Below are positions 54,801 to 64,000 of a stretch of 64,000 nucleotides of DNA, in pieces (position 1 is the stretch's first letter; each line of letters opens with the position of its first letter). The notes beneath the pieces were generated by a model that made no database searches, had not been told where the DNA came from, and worked only from the letters and a program-made list of their open reading frames with translations. The translations under genes were made by a program, and so were the position numbers. Source of the stretch: the human T2T-CHM13v2.0 reference genome, Homo sapiens; the NCBI RefSeq assembly GCF_009914755.1, contig NC_060932.1, one strand, 5' to 3'.

Positions 54801-57800
54801 CTCTTATTGTAGTATCTGGAAGTGGACATTTGGAGCGCTTTCAGGCCTATGGTGAAAAAGGAAATATCTTCCCATAAAAACGACATAGAAGCTATCTCAG
54901 GAACTTGTTTATGATGCATCTAATCAACCAACAGTGTTGAACCTTTGTACTGACAGAGCACTTTGAAACACTCTTTTTTTGGAATCTGCAAGTGGATATT
55001 TGGATCGCTTTGAGGATTTCGTTGGAAACGGGATGCAATATAAAACGTACACAGCAGCATACTCAGAAAATACTTTGCCATATTTCCATTCAAGTCACAG
55101 AGTGGAACATTCCCATTCATAGAGCAGGTTGGAAACACTCTTTTTGGAGTATCTGGAAGTGGACATTTGGAGCGCTTTCTGAACTATGGTGAAAAAGGAA
55201 ATATCTTCCAATGAAAACAAGACAGAAGCATTCTGAGAAACTTATTTGTGATGTGTGTCCTCAACAAACGGACTTGAACCTTTCGTTTCATGCAGTACTT
55301 CTGGAACACTCTTTTTGAAGATTCTGCATGCGGATATTTGGATAGCTTTGAGGATTTCGTTGGAAACGGGCTTACATGTAAAAATTAGACAGCAGCATTC
55401 TCAGAAACTTCTTTGTGGTGTCTGCATTCAAGTCACAGAATTGAACTTCCCCTCACATAGAGCAGTTGTGCAGCACTCTATTTGTAGTATCTGGAAGTGG
55501 ACATTTGGAGGGCTTTGTAGCCTATCTGGAAAAAGGAAATATCTTCCCATGAATGCGAGATAGAAGTAATCTCAGAAACATGTTTATGCTGTATCTACTC
55601 AACTAACTGTGCTGAACATTTCTATTGATAGAGCAGTTTTGAGACACTCTTCTTTTGGAATCTGCAAGTGGATATTTGGATAGATTTGAGGATTTCGTTG
55701 GAAACGGGATTATATATAAAAAGTAGACAGCAGCATTCTCAGAAACTTCTTTGTGATGTTTGCATATAGCTCTCAGAGTTGAACACTCCCTTTCATAGAG
55801 TAGGTTTGAAACCCTCTTTTTATAGTGTCTGGAAGCGGGCATTTTGAGCGCTTTCAGGCCTATGCTTAAAATAGGAAATATCTACCTATAGAAACTAGAC
55901 AGAAGCATTCTGAGAATCACGTTTGTGATGTGGGTACTCAACTAACAGTGTTGATCCATTCTTTTGATACAGCAGTTTTGAACCACACTTTTTGTAGAAT
56001 CTGCAAGAGGATATTTGGATAGCTGTGAGGATTTCGTTGGAAACGGGAATGTCTTCAAAGAAAATCTAGACAGAAGCATTCTCAGAAACACCTTCGTGAT
56101 GTTTGCAATCAAGTCACAGAGTTGAACCTTCCGTTTCATACAGCAGGTTGGAAACACTCTTATTGTAGTATCTGGAAGGGGACATTTGGAGCGCTTTCAG
56201 GCCTATGGTGAAAAAGGAAATATCTTCCCATAAAAACGACATAGAAGCTGTCTCAGGAACTTGTTTATGATGCATCTAATCAACTAACAGTGTTGAACCT
56301 TTGTACTGACAGAGCAGTTTGAAACACTCTTTTTTTGGAATCTGCAAGTGGATATTTGGATCGCTTTGAGGATTTCGTTGGAAACGGGATGCAATATAAA
56401 ACGTACACAGCAGCATACTCAGAAAATACTTTGCCATATTTCCATTCAAGTCACAGAGTGGAACATTCGCATTCATAGAGCAGGTTTGAAACACTCTTTT
56501 TGGAGTATCTGGAAGTGGACATTTGGAGCGCTTTCTGAACTATGGTGAAAAAGGAAATATCTTCCAATGAAAACAAGACAGAAGCATTCTGAGAAACTTA
56601 TTTGTGATGTGTGTCCTCAACAAACGGACTTGAACCTTTCGTTTCATGCAGTACTTCTGGAACACTCTTTTTGAAGATTCTGCATGCGGATATTTGGATA
56701 GCTTTGAGGATTTCGTTGGAAACGGGCTTACATGTAAAAATTAGACAGCAGCATTCTCAGAAACTTCTTTGTGGTGTCTGCATTCAAGTCACAGAATTGA
56801 ACTTCCCCTCACATAGAGCAGTTGTGCAGCACTCTATTTGTAGTATCTGGAAGTGGACATTTGGAGGGCTTTGTAGCCTATCTGGAAAAAGGAAATATCT
56901 TCCCATGAATGCGAGATAGAAGTAATCTGAGAAACATGTTTATGCTGTATCTACTCAACTAACTGTTCTGAACATTTCTATTGATAGAGCAGTTTTGAGA
57001 CACTCTTCTTTTGGAATCTGCAAGTGGATATTTGGATAGATTTGAGGATTTCGTTGGAAACGGGATTATATATAAAAAGTAGACAGCAGCATTCTCAGAA
57101 ACTTCTTTGTGATGTTTGCATCCAGCTCTCAGAGTTGAACATTCCCTTTCATAGAGTAGGTTTGAAACCCTCTTTTTATAGTGTCTGGAAGCGGGCATTT
57201 GGAGCGCTTTCAGGCCTATGCTTAAAATAGGAAATATCTACCTACAGAAACTAGACAGAAGCATTCTGAGAATCACGTTTGTGATGTGGGTACTCAACTA
57301 ACAGTGTTGATCCATTCTTTTGATAAAGCAGTTTTGAACCACACTTTTTGTAGAATCTGCAAGAGGATATTTGGATAGCTGTGAGGATTTCGTTGGAAAC
57401 GGGAATGTCTTCAAAGAAAATCTAGACAGAAGCATTCTCAGAAACACCTTCGTGATGTTTGCAATCAAGTCACAGAGTTGAACCTTCCGTTTCATAGAGC
57501 AGGTTGGAAACACTCTTATTGTAGTATCTGGAAGTGGACATTTGGAGCGCTTTCAGGCCTATGGTGAAAAAGGAAATATCTTCCCATAAAAACGACATAG
57601 AAGCTATCTCAGGAACTTGTTTATGATGCATCTAATCAACTAACAGTGTTGAACCTTTGTACTGACAGAGCAGTTTGAAACACTCTTTTTTTGGAATCTG
57701 CAAGTGGATATTTGGATCACTTTGAGGATTTCGTTGGAAACGGGATGCAATATAAAACGTACACAGCAGCATACTCAGAAAATACTTTGCCATGTTTCCA

Positions 57801-60800
57801 TTCAAGTCACAGAGTGGAACATTCCCATTCATAGAGCAGGTTGGAAACACTCTTTTTGGAGTATCTGGAAGTGGACATTTGGAGCGCTTTCTGAACTATG
57901 GTGAAAAAGGAAATATCTTCCAATGAAAACAAGACAGAAGCATTCTGAGAAACTTATTTGTGATGTGTGTCCTCAACAAACGGACTTGAACCTTTCGTTT
58001 CATGCAGTACTTCTGGAACACTCTTTTTGAAGATTCTGCATGCGGATATTTGGATAGCTTTGAGGATTTCGTTGGAAACGGGCTTACATGTTAAAATTAG
58101 ACAGCAGCATTCTCAGAAACTTCTTTGTGGTGTCTGCATTCAAGTCACAGAATTGAACTTCCCCTCACATAGAGCAGTTGTGCAGCACTCTATTTGTAGT
58201 ATCTGGAAGTGGACATTTGGAGGGCTTTGTAGCCTATCTGGAAAAAGGAAATATCTTCCCATGAATGCGAGATAGAAGTAATCTCAGAAACATGTTTATG
58301 CTGTATCTACTCAACTAACTGTGCTGAACATTTCTATTGATAGAGCAGTTTTGAGACCCTCTTCTTTTGGAATCTGCAAGTGGATATTTGGATAGATTTG
58401 AGGATTTCGTTGGAAACGGGATTATATATAAAAAGTAGACAGCAGCATTCTCAGAAACTTCTTTGTGATGTTTGCATCCAGCTCTCAGAGTTGAACATTC
58501 CCTTTCATAGAGTAGGTTTGAAACCCTCTTTTTATAGTGTCTGGAAGCGGGCATTTGGAGCGCTTTCAGGCCTATGCTTAAAATAGGAAATATCTACCTA
58601 CAGAAACTAGACAGAAGCATTCTGAGAATCACGTTTGTGATGTGGGTACTCAACTAACAGTGTTGATCCATTCTTTTGATACAGCAGTTTTGAACCACAC
58701 TTTTTGTAGAATCTGCAAGAGGATATTTGGATAGCTGTGAGGATTTCGTTGGAAACGGTAATGTCTTCAAAGAAAATCTAGACAGAAGCATTCTCAGAAA
58801 CACCTTCGTGATGTTTGCAATCAAGTCACAGAGTTGAACCTTCCGTTTCATAGAGCAGGTTGGAAACACTCTTATTGTAGTATCTGGAAGTGGACATTTG
58901 GAGCGCTTTCAGGCCTATGGTGAAAAAGGAAATATCTTCCCATAAAAACGACATAGAAGCTATCTCAGGAACTTGTTTATGATGCATCTAATCAACTAAC
59001 AGTGTTGAACCTTTGTACTGACAGAGCACTTTGAAACACTCTTTTTTTGGAATCTGCAAGTGGATATTTGGATCGCTTTGAGGATTTCGTTGGAAACGGG
59101 ATGCAATATAAAACGTACACAGCAGCATACTCAGAAAATACTTTGCCATATTTCCATTCAAGTCACAGAGTGGAACATTCCCATTCATAGAGCAGGTTGG
59201 AAACACTCTTTTTGGAGTATCTGGAAGTGGACATTTGGAGCGCTTTCTGAACTATGGTGAAAAAGGAAATATCTTCCAATGAAAACAAGACAGAAGCATT
59301 CTGAGAAACTTATTTGTGATGTGTGTCCTCAACAAACGGACTTGAACCTTTCGTTTCATGCAGTACTTCTGGAACACTCTTTTTGAAGATTCTGCATGCG
59401 GATATTTGGATAGCTTTGAGGATTTCGTTGGAAACGGGCTTACATGTAAAAATTAGACAGCAGCATTCTCAGAAACTTCTTTGTGGTGTCTGCATTCAAG
59501 TCACAGAATTGAACTTCCCCTCACATAGAGCAGTTGTGCAGCACTCTATTTGTAGTATCTGGAAGTGGACATTTGGAGGGCTTTGTAGCCTATCTGGAAA
59601 AAGGAAATATCTTCCCATGAATGCGAGATAGAAGTAATCTCAGAAACATGTTTATGCTGTATCTACTCAACTAACTGTGCTGAACATTTCTATTGATAGA
59701 GCAGTTTTGAGACACTCTTCTTTTGGAATCTGCAAGTGGATATTTGGATAGATTTGAGGATTTCGTTGGAAACGGGATTATATATAAAAAGTAGACAGCA
59801 GCATTCTCAGAAACTTCTTTGTGATGTTTGCATCCAGCTCTCAGAGTTGAACATTCCCTTTCATAGAGTAGGTTTGAAACCCTCTTTTTATAGTGTCTGG
59901 AAGCGGGCATTTGGAGCGCTTTCAGGCCTATGCTGAAAAAGGAAATATCTACATATAGAAACTAGACAGAAGCATTCTGAGAATCAAGTTTGTGATGTGG
60001 GTACTCAACTAACAGTGTTGATCCATTCTTTTGATACAGCAGTTTTGAACCACACTTTTTGTAGAATCTGCAAGTGGATATTTGGATAGCTGTGAGGATT
60101 TCGTTGGAAACGGGAATGTCTTCATAGAAAATTTAGACAGAAGCATTCTCAGAACCTTGATTGTGATGTGTGTTCTCCACTAACAGAGTTGAACCTTTCT
60201 TTTGACAGAACTGTTCTGAAACATTCTTTTTATAGAATCTGGAAGTGGATATTTGGAAAGCTTTGAGGATTTCGTTGGAAACGGGAATATCTTCAAATAA
60301 AATCTAGCCAGAAGCATTCTAAGAAACATCTTAGGGATGTTTACATTCAAGTCACAGAGTTGAACATTCCCTTTCACAGAGCAGGTTTGAAACAATCTTC
60401 TCGTACTATCTGGCAGTGGACATTTTGAGCTCTTTGGGGCCTATGCTGAAAAAGGAAATATCTTCCGACAAAAACTAGACAGAAGCATTCGCAGAATCAC
60501 GTTTGTGATGTGTGCACTCAACTGTCAGAATTGAACCTTGGTTTGGAGAGAGCACTTTTGAAACACACTTTTTGTAGAATCTGCAGGTGGATATTTGGCT
60601 AGCTTTGAGGATTTCGTTGGAAACGGTAATGTCTTCAAAGAAAATCTAGACAGAAGCATTCTCAGAAACACCTTCGTGATGTTTGCAATCAAGTCACAGA
60701 GTTGAACCTTCCGTTTCATAGAGCAGGTTGGAAACACACTTTTTGTAGTATCTGGAAGTGGACATTTGGAGGGCTTTGTAGCCTATCTGGAAAAAGGAAA

Positions 60801-63800
60801 TATCTTCCCATGAATGCGAGATAGATGTAATCTCAGAAACATGTTTATGCTGTATCTACTCAACTAACTGTGCTGAACATTTCTATTGATAGAGCAGTTT
60901 TGAGACCCTCTTCTTTTGGAATCTGCAAGTGGATATTTGGATAGATTTGAGGATTTCGTTGGAAACGGGATTATATATAAAAAGTAGACAGCAGCATTCT
61001 CAGAAACTTCTTTGTGATGTTTGCATCCAGCTCTCAGAGTTGAACATTCCCTTTCATAGAGTAGGTTTGAAACCCTCTTTTTATAGTGTCTGGAAGCGGG
61101 CATTTGGAGCGCTTTCAGGCCTATGCTGAAAAAGGAAATATCTACCTATAGAAACTAGACAGAAGCATTCTGAGAATCACGTTTGTGATGTGGGTACTCA
61201 ACTAACAGTGTTGATCCATTCTTTTGATACAGCAGTTTTGAACCACACTTTTTGTAGAATCTGCAAGTGGATATTTGGATAGCTGTGAGGATTTCGTTGG
61301 AAACGGGAATGTCTTCATAGAAAATTTAGACAGAAGCATTCTCAGAACCTTGATTGTGATGTGTGTTCTCCACTAACAGAGTTGAACCTTTCTTTTGACA
61401 GAACTGTTCTGAAACATTCTTTTTATAGAATCTGGAAGTGGATATTTGGAAAGCTTTGAGGATTTCGTTGGAAACGGGAATATCTTCAAATCAAATCTAG
61501 CCAGAAGCATTCTAAGAAACAGCTTAGGGATGTTTACATTCAAGTCACAGAGTTGAACATTCCCTTTCACAGAGCAGGTTTGAAACAATCTTCTCGTACT
61601 ATCTGGCAGTGGACATTTTGAGCTCCTTGGGGCCTATGCTGAAAAAGGAAATATCTTCCGACAAAAACTAGACAGAAGCATTCGCAGAATCACGTTTGTG
61701 ATGTGTGCACTCAACTGTCAGAATTGAACCTTGGTTTGGACAGAGCACTTTTGAAACACTCTTTTTGTAGAATCTGCAGGTGGATATTTGGCTAGCTTTG
61801 AGGATTTCGTTGGAAACGGTAATGTCTTCAAAGAAAATCTAGACAGAAGCATTCTCAGAAACACCTTCGTGATGTTTGCAATCAAGTCACAGAGTTGAAC
61901 CTTCCGTTTCATAGAGCAGGTTGGAAACACTCTTTTTGTAGTATCTGGAAGTGGACATTTGGAGTGCTTTCAGGCCTATGGTGAAAAAGGAAATATCTTC
62001 CCATAAAAACGACATAGAAGCTATCTCAGGAACTTGTTTATGATGCATCTAATCAACTAACAGTGTTGAACCTTTGTACTGACAGAGCAGTTTGAAACAC
62101 TCTTTTTTTGGAATCTGCAAGTGGATATTTGGATCGCTTTGAGGATTTCGTTGGAAACGGGATGCAATATAAAACGTACACAGCAGCATACTCAGAAAAT
62201 ACTTTGCCATATTTCCATTCAAGTCACAGAGTGGAACATTCCCATTCATAGAGCAGGTTGGAAACACTCTTTTTGGAGTATCTGGAAGTGGACATTTGGA
62301 GCGCTTTCTGAACTATGGTGAAAAAGGAAATATCTTCCAATGAAAACAAGACAGAAGCATTCTGAGAAACTTATTTGTGATGTGTGTCCTCAACAAACGG
62401 ACTTGAACCTTTCGTTTCATGCAGTACTTCTGGAACACTCTTTTTGAAGATTCTGCATGCGGATATTTGGATAGCTTTGAGGATTTCGTTGGAAACGGGC
62501 TTACATGTAAAAATTAGACAGCAGCATTCTCAGAAACTTCTTTGTGGTGTCTGCATTCAAGTCACAGAATTGAACTTCCCCTCACATAGAGCAGTTGTGC
62601 AGCACTATATTTGTAGTATCTGGAAGTGGACATTTGGAGGGCTTTGTAGCCTATCTGGAAAAAGGAAATATCTTCCCATGAATGCGAGATAGAAGTAATC
62701 TCAGAAACATGTTTATGCTGTATCTACTCAACTAACTGTGCTGAACATTTCTATTGATAGAGCAGTTTTGAGACCCTCTTCTTTTGGAATCTGCAAGTGG
62801 ATATTTGGATAGATTTGAGGATTTCGTTGGAAACGGGATTATATATAAAAAGTAGACAGCAGCATTCTCAGAAACTTCTTTGTGATGTTTGCATCCAGCT
62901 CTCAGAGTTGAACATTCCCTTTCATAGAGTAGGTTTGAAACCCTCTTTTTATAGTGTCTGGAAGCGGGCATTTGGAGCGCTTTCAGGCCTATGCTGAAAA
63001 AGGAAATATCTACATATAGAAACTAGACAGAAGCATTCTGAGAATCAAGTTTGTGATGTGGGTACTCAACTAACAGTGTTGATCCATTCTTTTGATACAG
63101 CAGTTTTGAACCACACTTTTTGTAGAATCTGCAAGTGGATATTTGGATAGCTGTGAGGATTTCGTTGGAAACGGGAATGTCTTCATAGAAAATTTAGACA
63201 GAAGCATTCTCAGAACCTTGATTGTGATGTGTGTTCTCCACTAACAGAGTTGAACCTTTCTTTTGACAGAACTGTTCTGAAACATTCTTTTTATAGAATC
63301 TGGAAGTGGATATTTGGAAAGCTTTGAGGATTTCGTTGGAAACGGGAATATCTTCAAATAAAATCTAGCCAGAAGCATTCTAAGAAACATCTTAGGGATG
63401 TTTACATTCAAGTCACAGAGTTGAACATTCCCTTTCACAGAGCAGGTTTGAAACAATCTTCTCGTACTATCTGGCAGTGGACATTTTGAGCTCTTTGGGG
63501 CCTATGCTGAAAAAGGAAATATCTTCCGACAAAAACTAGTCAGAAGCATTCGCAGAATCACGTTTGTGATGTGTGCACTCAACTGTCAGAAGTGAACCTT
63601 GGTTTGGAGAGAGCACTTTTGAAACACACTTTTTGTAGAATCTGCAGGTGGATATTTGGCTAGCTTTGAGGATTTCGTTGGAAACGGTAATGTCTTCAAA
63701 GAAAATCTAGACAGAAGCATTCTCAGAAACACCTTCGTGATGTTTGCAATCAAGTCACAGAGTTGAACCTTCCGTTTCATAGAGCAGGTTGGAAACACAC

Positions 63801-64000
63801 TTTTTGTAGTATCTGGAAGTGGACATTTGGAGGGCTTTGTAGCCTATCTGGAAAAAGGAAATATCTTCCCATGAATGCGAGATAGATGTAATCTCAGAAA
63901 CATGTTTATGCTGTATCTACTCAACTAACTGTGCTGAACATTTCTATTGATAGAGCAGTTTTGAGACACTCTTCTTTTGGAATCTGCAAGTGGATATTTG
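51825..64000 (+). repeat. Super-repeat copy 3 (partial, runs off window end)
   Basis: Order 7 7 8 8 8 8 7 11 7 with copy-1 SNVs at offset 51,673. Confidence 0.85.
60828..62695 (+). repeat. Full-length 11-mer HOR (1868 bp)
   Basis: Anchors 60864->62732. Confidence 0.93.

Larger units (their letters stand above)
1..64000 (+). repeat. Alpha-satellite higher-order repeat array (centromeric, CENP-B-box-rich, dimeric SF2-type), most likely human chr8 D8Z2
   Basis: Continuous ~171-bp monomers starting CATTCTCAGAAAC-like, with alternating CENP-B-box monomers and GAAAAAGGAAATATCT (pJalpha-type) monomers. HOR copies are near-identical. The 1868-bp 11-mer plus 7- and 8-mer variants fits the published D8Z2 HOR set (4/7/8/11-mers). 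Alpha-satellite call is certain; the chromosome assignment is recalled (~0.75; D13Z1/D21Z1 and D9Z4 also have 11/7-mers). Confidence 0.98.

Noticed and set aside
41395-58095. Isolated singleton SNVs (e.g. CTTTCGGG ~41400, TACGTAC ~43304, TAGTGCAG ~51044, ATTCGCATT ~56469, CATGTTAAA ~58092)
   Set aside because: Ordinary background divergence or sequencing error; useful only as mapping markers.
278-63700. Conserved GAGGATTTCGTTGGAAACGG motif at regular spacing, superficially like a CRISPR direct repeat
   Set aside because: It is the CENP-B box. The intervening sequences are 150-320 bp, homologous to each other and repeated, not unique spacers, and there are no cas genes.
188-63798. About 190 short ORFs (64-102 aa) on both strands, e.g. 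MPASRHYKK..., MDIWIDLRISLETG..., MSSTNGLEPF...
   Set aside because: They are translations of satellite monomers that recur with the HOR period, overlap on both strands, often start at non-ATG codons, are broken by single SNVs in some copies, and resemble no protein family I recognise.
1-64000. Possible transposon insertion, inversion or non-satellite island
   Set aside because: All 48 anchor-to-anchor intervals are exactly 1193, 1356, 1868 or 1869 bp and keep the same orientation, leaving no room for an insertion.
1-64000. Assignment to D13Z1/D21Z1 or D9Z4 arrays (also SF2 with 11- and 7-mers)
   Set aside because: Abundant 8-mers together with 7- and 11-mers fit the reported D8Z2 variant set better. 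Not formally excluded without alignment to reference HORs.

Overview
The whole 64 kb window is uninterrupted, single-orientation primate (human-type) alpha-satellite higher-order repeat (HOR) DNA: ~171-bp monomers with CENP-B boxes (TTTCGTTGGAAACGGGA) in roughly alternate monomers, i.e. a dimeric suprachromosomal-family-2-like live array. It contains no genes, transposon insertions or inversions; every ORF in the track is a recurring satellite artefact. Using a unique monomer (TAATCTCAGAAACATGTTTATGCTG) as an anchor, I count 48 complete HOR units of three kinds: 24 x 7-mer (1193 bp), 19 x 8-mer (1356 bp) and 5 x 11-mer (1868/1869 bp). An 11-mer with 7- and 8-mer deletion variants best matches the chromosome 8 centromeric array D8Z2; this comes from recalled literature, not alignment. 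The unit order is 7 7 8 8 8 8 7 11 7 11 7 8 7 7 8 7 7 8 7 7 8 | 7 7 8 8 8 8 7 11 11 7 7 8 7 7 8 7 7 8 | 7 7 8 8 8 8 7 11 7. The interesting content is structural. There is a nested hierarchy (monomer, 7/8/11-mer, a 3742-bp 7a-7b-8 22-mer, 24-28 kb super-repeats and a probable 51,673-bp period). There are also deletion breakpoints beside a CENP-B box that change box phasing, propagated CENP-B box mutations, and mosaic units that look like gene conversion. I found no evidence of a novel protein-coding system.
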